Made by a program: the position numbers and the translations under genes. A stretch of 64,000 bases of DNA from Candidatus Latescibacterota bacterium (GTDB taxonomy: Bacteria; Latescibacterota; UBA2968; UBA8231), in assembly GCA_965223905.1 (NCBI GenBank), contig CBDCXV010000001.1, positions 160,001 to 224,000 on the forward strand, given 5' to 3'. Positions 46,869 through 55,750 of this stretch are shown here, in pieces (the first letter of the stretch is position 1; every line of letters starts with the position of its first letter). The notes beneath the pieces are model-generated. The model saw nothing but the letters and a program-made list of their open reading frames with translations. It had not been told where the DNA came from and searched no databases.

Positions 46869-47135
46869 TCAATCGCCAGTATCGAAATCCTGTTCGGGTG
46901 CCTCTTCGAGAAACTCGAGCTCGAACTCTCCACCAACTTTCTCGATCAGCACTTGGACCCGCTTGCGCGTCTGATCCAGCATCCTGCCACAGACACGCGA
47001 GGCAGCAACTCCCCGCTCGAAGACCAGAAGGGACTCCTCCAGCGTCAGAGCCCCGGATTCCAGGCGCTCCACGCTTTCTTCCAGCAGCGCCATCGCCTCT
47101 TCGAAGCTTTGCGGCACGGTCGAATCTTCAGTCAT
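46869..47135 (-). CDS. xseB: Exodeoxyribonuclease VII small subunit
   Basis: SFEEAMALLE...LESGALTLEESL..FERG. Directly follows xseA. Confidence 0.92.
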   Translation of the reverse strand: MTEDSTVPQSFEEAMALLEESVERLESGALTLEESLLVFERGVAASRVCGRMLDQTRKRVQVLIEKVGGEFELEFLEEAPEQDFDTGD

Positions 47136-48378
47136 TGTCTTTCGTCCCAGTTGCCGTTCGGATGGTGAACCGCCTACTCGATGAAACCTCTTCGACCAGA
47201 CAGCCCGCCTCACCCTCTGCGAAACGCAACCGCAGGCGGTCCCCGGGAATCAGGTCGCCGCCGCGGCTCACGGGCAGTCCGCTTCCGGCACGTGAACAGT
47301 AGGCAAAACCACGCGACAACCCGGCGAGGGGATCGGTCGATTTCAGCCGCAGTACGGAGGTCCTGAACCGAACCCCCGTTTTGATCAGGTGTCGGTCCAG
47401 GGTGTCGGCGAGCCGGCCGCGCATCTCGTCCAGGCCCTGTTCCGACTGCACCAAGCGCCCCCGCAGGGCATCCAGCAGGCGCTCCGGTTCTCGGTCTTCG
47501 AGGTGCTGGCGGGATTCGGCGAGACCTTTGCGCACGACCCGCAGCAGGTCTTTGGTACGAGCTGCCACTTGCCTCCGCAGCTCCATCTGGTCGGGAGTTG
47601 CCAGCTCCGCGGCAGCGGAAGGGGTTGGTGCGCGGATATCCGCCACGTAATCGGCGATCGTGTAGTCGATCTCGTGACCGACGGCAGACACCACCGGAAC
47701 CCTGGAGTCATGGATCGCGCGGGCCACCACTTCCTCGTTGAATGGCCAGAGGTCCTCCGGCGATCCTCCGCCGCGACCGACGATCAATAAATCCGCTTCG
47801 GAATGGGCGTTCAGATCGGCGATGCCATTTGCGATTGCCTGGGCGGCTCCGGGGCCTTGTACCCGTGTCGGGCGCAGCACGATCTGCACTCCCGGTGAGC
47901 GCCGCTGCACGATCTGAAGAATGTCCCGTATCGCGGCTCCGCGGGCAGAGGTTACAACGCCCACACACCGCGGGAAGCGGGGCAGGGGTTTCTTCCGTTC
48001 CTCCGCAAACAGGCCCTCGGCTTCTAGGCGGGCGCGCAAGCGCTCGAAAGTGACCGCCATTTCCCCGACCCCGACCGGCTGCACCCAGTACACCTGCAAC
48101 TGGTAGCGCCCTCCGCGCTCGTAGACCGAGACGTTTCCGTAGACAAGCAACTGCACACCGGGCTCGGGAATAAAGGTCAGTTCGCGGGCGTAAAATCGAA
48201 ACATCACGCAACTGATCTGACTCGACTCGTCTCGCAACGTCCAGTAGCAGTGCCCCGACGAGGCACGCGAAAAATCGGATACCTCGCCGATGACCCACCC
48301 CATCTCCAGCGACTCTTCAAGGACGCTTTTGACTCGCGCCGTGATCTCCGAGACCGTCAGGGCCTGGTTCGCCATCAC
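47128..48378 (-). CDS. xseA: Exodeoxyribonuclease VII large subunit
   Basis: SGHCYWTL, RGGGSPEDLWPFN, SAVGHEID and APTPSAAAE. Confidence 0.96.
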   Translation of the reverse strand: MMANQALTVSEITARVKSVLEESLEMGWVIGEVSDFSRASSGHCYWTLRDESSQISCVMFRFYARELTFIPEPGVQLLVYGNVSVYERGGRYQLQVYWVQPVGVGEMAVTFERLRARLEAEGLFAEERKKPLPRFPRCVGVVTSARGAAIRDILQIVQRRSPGVQIVLRPTRVQGPGAAQAIANGIADLNAHSEADLLIVGRGGGSPEDLWPFNEEVVARAIHDSRVPVVSAVGHEIDYTIADYVADIRAPTPSAAAELATPDQMELRRQVAARTKDLLRVVRKGLAESRQHLEDREPERLLDALRGRLVQSEQGLDEMRGRLADTLDRHLIKTGVRFRTSVLRLKSTDPLAGLSRGFAYCSRAGSGLPVSRGGDLIPGDRLRLRFAEGEAGCLVEEVSSSRRFTIRTATGTKDND

Positions 48379-49193
48379 TCTTCCTCGTCGTCCGGGGGCC
48401 AGGGGGCCCTTTGGACCTCCGCGATCTGCAGGCGCTCGATGCCGCGGGCGCGGCCGTCCGCCTCATCGATGTCGACTACTGCGCCGCAGAAGACAGCCCT
48501 GCCTTCTGCTGGCTTGAAGCGTGTCGGCACCTGCTCGACGAAACGTTTGACGGCGATTTCGGGTCGTGTGCCGATCACTGAATCCTGGACACCCGTCATC
48601 CCCGCGTCCGTGATGTAGGCTGTTCCTCCAGAGAGCACTCGTTCGTCTGCCGTTTGAACATGAGTGTGCGTACCGATTACAGCCGAGGCGATACCGTCGA
48701 AATAGCGGCCGAGAGCAACCTTTTCCGCTGTCGCTTCGGCGTGAAAGTCGACGAACACGACGGGGGTTTCTCTTTTGAGCCGCTCGACTTCCGCCCGCCC
48801 GAGCACGAAGGGGCAGTTGATGGTGGGCATGAAGGTCCGCCCCTGCAAATTGACGACCGCCACGGGCGTTCCGGACTTCGCGGTTACGATGGTCGATCCG
48901 GACCCGGGAGCCTCCTTGGGGTAATTGAACGGCCGCAGCACCCTGTCCGACTTGGACAGGAAACGGGAGAAATCGGCACGGTTCCAGATGTGATTACCGG
49001 AGGTAATTACATCTACCCCGTAACTGTGCAGCTTGCGGGCGATCGTTTCGGTCATTCCGAAACCGCCGGCGGCATTCTCCCCGTTGGCTATGCACAGATC
49101 GATTTCGCGTTCGCGCACCAAGCGTGGGATTATGTCAGCCGCGACTCGTCTCCCGGGCCGGGCGTAGATGTCGGCTGCGAAAAGGATTCTCAA
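48375..49193 (-). CDS. ymdB: YmdB-like metallophosphoesterase (TIGR00282)
   Basis: NGENAAGG, TSGNHIW, DFHAEAT, GTHTHVQTAD and TDAGMTG. Follows rny. Confidence 0.92.
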   Translation of the reverse strand: MRILFAADIYARPGRRVAADIIPRLVREREIDLCIANGENAAGGFGMTETIARKLHSYGVDVITSGNHIWNRADFSRFLSKSDRVLRPFNYPKEAPGSGSTIVTAKSGTPVAVVNLQGRTFMPTINCPFVLGRAEVERLKRETPVVFVDFHAEATAEKVALGRYFDGIASAVIGTHTHVQTADERVLSGGTAYITDAGMTGVQDSVIGTRPEIAVKRFVEQVPTRFKPAEGRAVFCGAVVDIDEADGRARGIERLQIAEVQRAPWPPDDEEE

Positions 49194-49207
49194 TGCGGGC
49201 GGCGGCG

Positions 49208-50770
49208 TCAGCGGGCGAAATGAACCGCGCGCACCTCGCGTATAACGCAGACCTTGATCTGGCCCGGCTGTCCGAGTTCTTCCTCAAGGGTCTCGGTAAT
49301 CTCGTCGGCCAGCTGATCGGCATAAGTATCGTCGACTGCGGCGCTGTCGACGAGGACGCGAACTTCCCTTCCGTTTTGAAGCGCATAGGCGGTTCTGACG
49401 CCGGGGTTGGCGCTGGCGATCTCCTCGATCTCACGCATGCGTCGCACGTAATCCTCCGCCTTGTCCTTGCGGGCGCCAGGCCGGCTGGTCGAAATCTCAT
49501 CCGCTGCCTTGACGATGATGGCAATCGCGGAACGAGTAGGTGTCTCGAGATCGTGAGTCTCGATTACCTCGACGACTTCCGGGCTTTCGCCGCACTTGCG
49601 CGCCAGAGCCCCGCTCGACTGGGCGCTGTCGGCGCCGATCTGAAAATCCAGCGCCTTGCCGATGTCGTGAAGCAGTCCGGCACGGCCCGCCAGGTTGGCG
49701 TCGATTTCGAGACGCTCCGCCATGGTGCCTGCGAGCATGCCGACCTCCAGACAGTGAACCAGAAGGTTCTGGCCGTAGCTGGAAAGGAATCTCAACTTGC
49801 CGAGGAGTTCGAGCAGCGGTTCAGCCATGTCGTGGATGCCTAGGTCGAAAGCCGCTTTGGATCCCGACTCGCGAATCATCTCCTCGACGTCCTCCCGAGC
49901 TTTCTCGTACGCTTCCTCGATGCGTCCGGGGTGAATGCGGCCATCGAGGATGAGCTTTTCCAGAGTGCTCCTCGCCACCTCGCGGCGCAACGGATCAAAG
50001 CTGGAGAGCATGACGATTCCGGGAGTATCGTCGACGATGACCTCGACACCAGTAATCATGTCGAAGGAGCGAATATTGCGGCCGTCGCGACCGATGATCC
50101 GCCCCTTCATCTCCTCCGAGGGAAGGCTGACGACGGAGACCGTGCTCTCCCGCGCCAAATCTCCTGCGTAGCGCTGGATGGACCAGGATATGATCTCCCT
50201 GGCTTCGCGATTCGCCATCGCCACAGCCTCGTCCTTGATCTCGCGAACCTTGCGCGCGGCGAACTGGCGCGCGCTGTCTTCCTCCTGCTCGATGAGCATG
50301 ATCCTGGCTTCGGCCTGGCTCAGGCCCGCCAATTCCTCGAGAAAACGCCCCTGTTCGCTGACGCGGTCATTCACTCTTTCCTCCTTTGCCGCGATATGTT
50401 CCTCGCGCCGCGACAGCTCCTTCTCTGTCTTCAGGAGACTCCGCTCCTTGCTTTCGAGCACATCGACTTTGCGGTCGAGCTGGTGTTCGCGCTCCAACAG
50501 GCCGGTCTCCAGTTCCCGCAGCGATCGTTTGGAGTTCTCAATTTCGCGTTCCAAGGGCTCGCGCTCCCGCCGCCACTCGTCTTTGGCTTCGAGCTCTGCG
50601 GTCTTCTTCATCGACTCGACCTCTACTCGCGCTTCCTCGACGATGCGCTGAACTCTTTGCTGGGCATCTGCGGCCCTCCCACGCCGCAGGCGGCCGTTCA
50701 CTAACCACCCGATCACAGCACCGACCGCCACCAATGCAAAAGCCGACAATATGGCGCCTGCCATTACCAT
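49208..50770 (-). CDS. rny: Ribonuclease Y (divergent HD domain)
   Basis: N-terminal TM, coiled coil, KH (MKGRIIGRDGRNI), SYGQN, LLHDIGK and RPGAR. Confidence 0.93.
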   Translation of the reverse strand: MVMAGAILSAFALVAVGAVIGWLVNGRLRRGRAADAQQRVQRIVEEARVEVESMKKTAELEAKDEWRREREPLEREIENSKRSLRELETGLLEREHQLDRKVDVLESKERSLLKTEKELSRREEHIAAKEERVNDRVSEQGRFLEELAGLSQAEARIMLIEQEEDSARQFAARKVREIKDEAVAMANREAREIISWSIQRYAGDLARESTVSVVSLPSEEMKGRIIGRDGRNIRSFDMITGVEVIVDDTPGIVMLSSFDPLRREVARSTLEKLILDGRIHPGRIEEAYEKAREDVEEMIRESGSKAAFDLGIHDMAEPLLELLGKLRFLSSYGQNLLVHCLEVGMLAGTMAERLEIDANLAGRAGLLHDIGKALDFQIGADSAQSSGALARKCGESPEVVEVIETHDLETPTRSAIAIIVKAADEISTSRPGARKDKAEDYVRRMREIEEIASANPGVRTAYALQNGREVRVLVDSAAVDDTYADQLADEITETLEEELGQPGQIKVCVIREVRAVHFAR

Positions 50771-50782
50771 ATTTTTGGGGAT

Positions 50783-51193
50783 TTATGGGTCTTCCCGGGC
50801 GGGATTCGCCTCGGCAGCGGAGGAATGCTGCCGGTCCCATCCAGCCTCGGCTTGCCGTTCAGCGGCAATATCGGAGGGCCACCGAGGACCGACATCCTGC
50901 AACAGCTTGCCGAGACTCGACGTCAGGCGAGAGGTGCGCATGGCTATATCGGCTTCCGTCGATTGGTAGCGCTGGCGGAGACCGAAAAGCTCGTCGATGA
51001 GCTCAAGGGCGGCGATAATCGCCGTATGCCAAGGAGTCCGGGAACCGTGAACCGATTGGACGCGCCGCAATCTCTCATCGACCAAGGCAGCAACTTCCGC
51101 AATCTGCCGCGAAGTCATATCGTCGCTGCCGGCGAAGGTGTACTTCCGGTCCAGAATGTCGACAACCACTCCGCCGCTGTGATCGCTATCCAT
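50783..51193 (-). CDS. zapA: Cell division protein ZapA
   Basis: VDILDRKY...VAALVDERL...AIIAAL pattern and conserved position before rny. Confidence 0.8.
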   Translation of the reverse strand: MDSDHSGGVVVDILDRKYTFAGSDDMTSRQIAEVAALVDERLRRVQSVHGSRTPWHTAIIAALELIDELFGLRQRYQSTEADIAMRTSRLTSSLGKLLQDVGPRWPSDIAAERQAEAGWDRQHSSAAEANPAREDP

Positions 51194-51243
51194 CGATACT
51201 CCTCGGGGAAGGGTCCGTCATCTATTCCCAGAGGAAATTGGAT

Positions 51244-51522
51244 CTATTCTGCTGCCTCTGGATGCTCAACTGCAACCTGCTCGAGACGAGCCAGGATTTC
51301 TTGGATTTTTCCCCTTACCTGCTCGCGGTCCGCCGTCGCCTGACGGTTCTCTTCATCCGCCTTCGCGATCCGGGCCTTCAGCTCTTCGATCTCGACCTTT
51401 AGCAATTCACCGGCTTCCACCTGAGCCCGAAGCGTCTCGTTTTCCTGCCGGAACTGCTCCAGCACCCCGAGGAGGCGGTCCACTTCACTTTCAAGGCGCC
51501 TGAAATTTCCATCTACTCCCAT
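51244..51522 (-). CDS. ZapB-like coiled-coil protein
   Basis: Continuous heptad pattern, located between pheT and zapA. Confidence 0.7.
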   Translation of the reverse strand: MGVDGNFRRLESEVDRLLGVLEQFRQENETLRAQVEAGELLKVEIEELKARIAKADEENRQATADREQVRGKIQEILARLEQVAVEHPEAAE

Positions 51523-53924
51523 CCCGTTCGTTTCTCCTGTCTTGAACGCAACCTGACACCGAAGACTTCCCCCAAATGCCCCAGCACCCGCGCGATGACC
51601 GCGTCCGCCTCTCGATCCTGCAAGGTACGCTCCGGCGAGCGCAATAGCAGGTTGAAGGCAAGACTCTTTTCACCGGGGGCTACTTGGTCCCCGGTGTAGA
51701 CGTCGAACAACTCGACGGATTCGATCAACTTCAGATCGACATGCCGGACAGCCGCGATTACATCCCCTGCCGGAACCGATGCATCCAACAGGATGGCGAG
51801 ATCGCGTTCGACCGGGGGAAACTTCGGAGGCGGATGAAAGGCAGCGTCGCGCGCCCTCCAAGCCATCGCCAATACCTCGAAATCCAGCTCAAAAATATAC
51901 ACTGGTTCGGGCAGATCAAATGCTTCGCGAAGGTCGCGGCTGCACTCTCCGAGATTTCCCGCCGATTTCCCCGCAATGGTCACTTCAGCACAGTGCCCGA
52001 CCCGCATCAGAGGATGTGCTCCGTTGTGAAAACCGGGGCTCAGATCCTCCGTTATCGACTCGATCAAACCTTTGAGATCGAGAAAATCTACCTGCCGACG
52101 CTCGCCTCGCCAGGAGGAGCGCGTACCAAGGCCGAACCACAGTCCCCCCAATCGCAGCCTTTCTGCATGCCGGGAACCGGCGCGAAAATCACCTTGGAAA
52201 AAACATTTTCCTAGCTCGAATATGCAGACAGTGTGAGCGCGACGGTTGAAATTGCGGCGAGCGGCATCGGCGAGGCTGGGGATCAGGGAAGAACGCAACA
52301 GGTCGCCGGAGGTCGCCGGATTGGCCAGTTCCGGTGCAGATGGCAACCGATCCCATGAGATCCAACCGCCGTCGACGATGGTGCTGGTAACTACTTCGTC
52401 GGCCCCGGCCGCCGCCATTCGCTGCCGAAACTCCTGTTGCAGCTCGAAGCCGCTCACGACCGCGCTTTCGAGCGGACCCCGAAGAGCCCTGCTCGCTTCG
52501 ATGCCGTCGTACCCGTAAATGCGGCCTACCTCTTCGACCAGATCGACCTCGCGCTGCAGATCTGGGCGAAAACCAGGAACCGTGACCTGCAAGGAGTCGC
52601 CCAGAAGGTCGACGTCGCACCCGAGCAGTTCGAGAATTCGCCTGCATTCGCGCACCTGCAATCCCGTCGACAACAGGGCATTCGCCCACTTCGTGCGTAG
52701 CGGAATCCTTGGCCGCTGCAGGGGGAATGGGTAGGCATCGATACTACCGGGAGCGACGCGGCCTCCAGTCAACTCGGCGAGCAAGCCTGCAGCCCGGTCG
52801 CTGGCTACAGGTGGCAACTCCCAGTCGGTGCCGCGCTCGAAGCGTGCGGATGCCTCCGTGCTCAGACCCAGCCGCCGCGCCCCAGCTCGCGTCTTTTCCG
52901 GCAAAAAATAGGCCGACTCCAGAAGGATGTCGGTCGTCCCGCCGGTCACCTCCGTCGCCGCACCTCCCATGATGCCGGCGAGGGCGATCGGCCGCTGGCG
53001 GTCGGCGATAACCAACACGCTGTTATCGAGGTCGCACTCGCTGCCGTCCAGCAACCTCAGCCGCTCTCCGATGCACGCCCTGCGAACCACCACGGCCCCA
53101 TCTGGAATCTTCGCCAGATCGAAGGCGTGAAGGGGTTGCCCAAGCTCGAGCATCGCGAAGTTGGTCACGTCGACGACGTTGTTGACAGGACGCATTCCCA
53201 CCGCGTGCAGACGCCGCTGCATCCACTCCGGGGAGGGGCCGATTTCGACGCCGCGGACAACCCGACAAACATAGCGCGGGCAGCCATCGGCATCTTCGAT
53301 CTCGACGCTGGCCGAAGCGGTAACCGACTCTCCCGATTCAGCCGGCGCCTTTTCGGGCCGCCTGAGCTCGGATCCGGTCAGGGCTCGTATCTCCCTTGCA
53401 ATTCCGACGACGGAGAGGCAGTCGGGGCGGTTGGGAGTAACCTCGAATTCTACGACCACATCATCGAGACCGGCCGCCTCCGCGAAAGGCGCTCCCACCC
53501 TGCAATCTGCGGGCAGAACGAGGATACGGTCGGCGTCGGTTCCGAGATCGAGCTCCTCTTCCGAACAGATCATACCCTCCGACTCCACCCCCCTGATTCG
53601 AGTTCGTTCTATAACGGTGCCGTCCGGTAGGGTGTTGCCAGGGAGGAGCACCGCGACCTTCTGGCCGGTTGCAACGTTGAGAGCACCACAGACTATGGTC
53701 GCTCGGGCCGCCTCGCCGATGTCTACCTGACACACGCTCAACTTGTCGGCTCGGGGATGTCGAGAACGAGCGGTTACATGTCCGACGACGACACCGTGGT
53801 AACGCTCGCCGAGATCGTCCAGGGATTCGCATTCGAGACCGGACATGGTAAGGCGCTTTTCGAGCTCGACTGCATCCCAGTCGAAGTCGATGTACTCCCG
53901 GAGCCAATTGAGGGTGACTTTCAA
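51513..53924 (-). CDS. pheT: Phenylalanine-tRNA ligase beta subunit
   Basis: NWLREY, HPRADKL, TPNRPDCLS, GQPLHAFD, RFERG and RDLA. Confidence 0.97.
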   Translation of the reverse strand: MKVTLNWLREYIDFDWDAVELEKRLTMSGLECESLDDLGERYHGVVVGHVTARSRHPRADKLSVCQVDIGEAARATIVCGALNVATGQKVAVLLPGNTLPDGTVIERTRIRGVESEGMICSEEELDLGTDADRILVLPADCRVGAPFAEAAGLDDVVVEFEVTPNRPDCLSVVGIAREIRALTGSELRRPEKAPAESGESVTASASVEIEDADGCPRYVCRVVRGVEIGPSPEWMQRRLHAVGMRPVNNVVDVTNFAMLELGQPLHAFDLAKIPDGAVVVRRACIGERLRLLDGSECDLDNSVLVIADRQRPIALAGIMGGAATEVTGGTTDILLESAYFLPEKTRAGARRLGLSTEASARFERGTDWELPPVASDRAAGLLAELTGGRVAPGSIDAYPFPLQRPRIPLRTKWANALLSTGLQVRECRRILELLGCDVDLLGDSLQVTVPGFRPDLQREVDLVEEVGRIYGYDGIEASRALRGPLESAVVSGFELQQEFRQRMAAAGADEVVTSTIVDGGWISWDRLPSAPELANPATSGDLLRSSLIPSLADAARRNFNRRAHTVCIFELGKCFFQGDFRAGSRHAERLRLGGLWFGLGTRSSWRGERRQVDFLDLKGLIESITEDLSPGFHNGAHPLMRVGHCAEVTIAGKSAGNLGECSRDLREAFDLPEPVYIFELDFEVLAMAWRARDAAFHPPPKFPPVERDLAILLDASVPAGDVIAAVRHVDLKLIESVELFDVYTGDQVAPGEKSLAFNLLLRSPERTLQDREADAVIARVLGHLGEVFGVRLRSRQEKRTGWE

Positions 53925-53978
53925 AACTCAGCTCGTAGTAGGGGTCGTCCCATGGGCGACCGACTGAAATCGCACATG

Positions 53979-54992
53979 TCAGAACTGGCGCGTGAACCGC
54001 AGGTCGTTTTCGAGAAACAGCCGGATATCGCCGATGCCGCGGCGAATCATCTCGATCCGCTCGAAACCGAGCCCGAAGGCGAACCCGGTGTACACCTCCG
54101 GGTCATATCCGACCGCCTCGAACACGTTCGGATCGACCATGCCGGCTCCGCCGATTTCGATCCAGCCGGTGCCTTTGCAGACCCGGCAGGTGCGCTGGTC
54201 GCCCCCGCACAGACTGCAGGAGAAGTCGCACTCGACGCTGGGTTCGGTAAAGGGGAAGAAGTGGGGCCTCAGCCTGGTCTGGATACCCTCTCCCAAAATG
54301 CCGCGGCCGATCGCCGTCAGGGTCCCCTTCAAGTCGGCCATGGAGACCCCTTTGTCGACGTAGAGCCCTTCGATCTGGTGGAACACCATGTGGTGGGTGG
54401 CGTCGATGCTGTCGCGCCGGTAGCAGCGACCCGGACAGACGATTCGGACCGGGGGACTGACCTGCTCCATGACCCGTATCTGCACGGTCGAAGTCTGTGT
54501 CCTGAGCAGCTCGCCATTCTTGAGGTAGATGGTAGCGTGCAGATCCCGGGCGGGGTGATTGGCCGGGGTGTTGAGGGCGTCGAAATTGTGATACTCGTCC
54601 TCGATTTCGGGACCTTCGGCGATGGCGAATCCCATATCCCGGAGGATGCCGATTATCTCATCCGCGACGCGGGTCAGTGGATGCAGTTTGCCCGTCGCCG
54701 GCCGCCGGCCTGGGAGCGTTACATCGACGCCTTCGTCAGCATCGATCTCTTCTTCGAGTTGGCTCTGCCGCGCTGCCAAGGCTTGTTCGATCACGGACCG
54801 AAGCTCACCGCTGGCCTGTCCGACGGCAGGTCGTTGGGCTGCCGGCAAGGATCCGATGCCGCTCATGATCTCGCGCAGTCGGCTTCTGCGGCCCGTGAGC
54901 TGAACCCGGACCTCCTCGAGAGTTCTGACGTCCCTGGCCGCGGCAATCAACTCTTCAGCATGCGCCTTCAGTATCTCTATCTCATTCAGCAT
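53979..54992 (-). CDS. pheS: Phenylalanine-tRNA ligase alpha subunit
   Basis: HPARD, FHQIEGL, FPFTEPS, GFAFGLG and NDLRF. Confidence 0.97.
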   Translation of the reverse strand: MLNEIEILKAHAEELIAAARDVRTLEEVRVQLTGRRSRLREIMSGIGSLPAAQRPAVGQASGELRSVIEQALAARQSQLEEEIDADEGVDVTLPGRRPATGKLHPLTRVADEIIGILRDMGFAIAEGPEIEDEYHNFDALNTPANHPARDLHATIYLKNGELLRTQTSTVQIRVMEQVSPPVRIVCPGRCYRRDSIDATHHMVFHQIEGLYVDKGVSMADLKGTLTAIGRGILGEGIQTRLRPHFFPFTEPSVECDFSCSLCGGDQRTCRVCKGTGWIEIGGAGMVDPNVFEAVGYDPEVYTGFAFGLGFERIEMIRRGIGDIRLFLENDLRFTRQF

Positions 54993-55123
54993 TGCCTGAC
55001 TCCACCGCGGCGCCCCATCGGTTACATCACCGGGAACTCCATCGGCTCGGTCGGAAAGATTGCGAAAAGTGGGCTGCCGCGAGTCGCAGGGGGCTCAAAG
55101 TCGACGCCCCACAGGTTCGCGAC

Positions 55124-55477
55124 CTACAGGTGTGACTTGGCCTCTTCGACGACCGACGCAAAGGCGCCTGGATCGCGAACGGCCAGATCGGCGAGGATTT
55201 TTCGATTTACGGCGATGTCGGCCCGGGAAAGGCCGTTCATCAATTGACTGTACGACAGTCCATGAAGACGTGCTGCCGCGTTGATACGTACGATCCAAAG
55301 ACGACGGAATTCCCGCTTGCGATTGCGCCGATCGCGGTACGCGTATGCCTGGGCGCGATTCACCGCCTCTCTGGCAGTTCTGAACAGACGTCCTCGAGCT
55401 CCGAAGTATCCCTTGGCCTGTTTCAGGACCTTTTTTCGCCGCCGTCTGGAAGCGACGCTGTTCTTGGCGCGGGGCAT
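55124..55477 (-). CDS. rplT: 50S ribosomal protein L20
   Basis: [29 protein letters not shown]. Confidence 0.98.
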   Translation of the reverse strand: MPRAKNSVASRRRRKKVLKQAKGYFGARGRLFRTAREAVNRAQAYAYRDRRNRKREFRRLWIVRINAAARLHGLSYSQLMNGLSRADIAVNRKILADLAVRDPGAFASVVEEAKSHL

Positions 55478-55479
55478 AC

Positions 55480-55677
55480 CTACTTCATTCCCAAGGCTCG
55501 CCTGACGTTAACGCTGTCGGCAGTGGAGACTTCGAGGTTCTGCCGCAATTCACGTTTTCGCTTCGGCGATCGCTTACGCAGCTTGTGGGTGCCATACGCC
55601 TTCTGCCGCTTCAGATTGGAGCCACCGCGCCGCTTGAAACGCTTGCCAGAAGATCTGTGTGTCTTGAGCTTGGGCAT
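55480..55677 (-). CDS. rpmI: 50S ribosomal protein L35
   Basis: MPKLKTH...KRFK, directly upstream of rplT. Confidence 0.95.
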   Translation of the reverse strand: MPKLKTHRSSGKRFKRRGGSNLKRQKAYGTHKLRKRSPKRKRELRQNLEVSTADSVNVRRALGMK

Positions 55678-55750
55678 TTTCCGGGGTTCGTCGCCGTAGG
55701 GGAATCTTCAAATATAGACGGCCTGCTCCCACCCGGCAAGAACGCCGGGG

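Noticed and set aside
50771-50900. 6S RNA between zapA and rny
   Set aside because: Only 12 nt are intergenic, and the ZapA C-terminal extension shows no long 6S-like hairpin that I can see.
54993-55123. PheM leader or T-box upstream of pheS
   Set aside because: No Phe-rich mini-ORF or T-box motif, only a weak GC hairpin.
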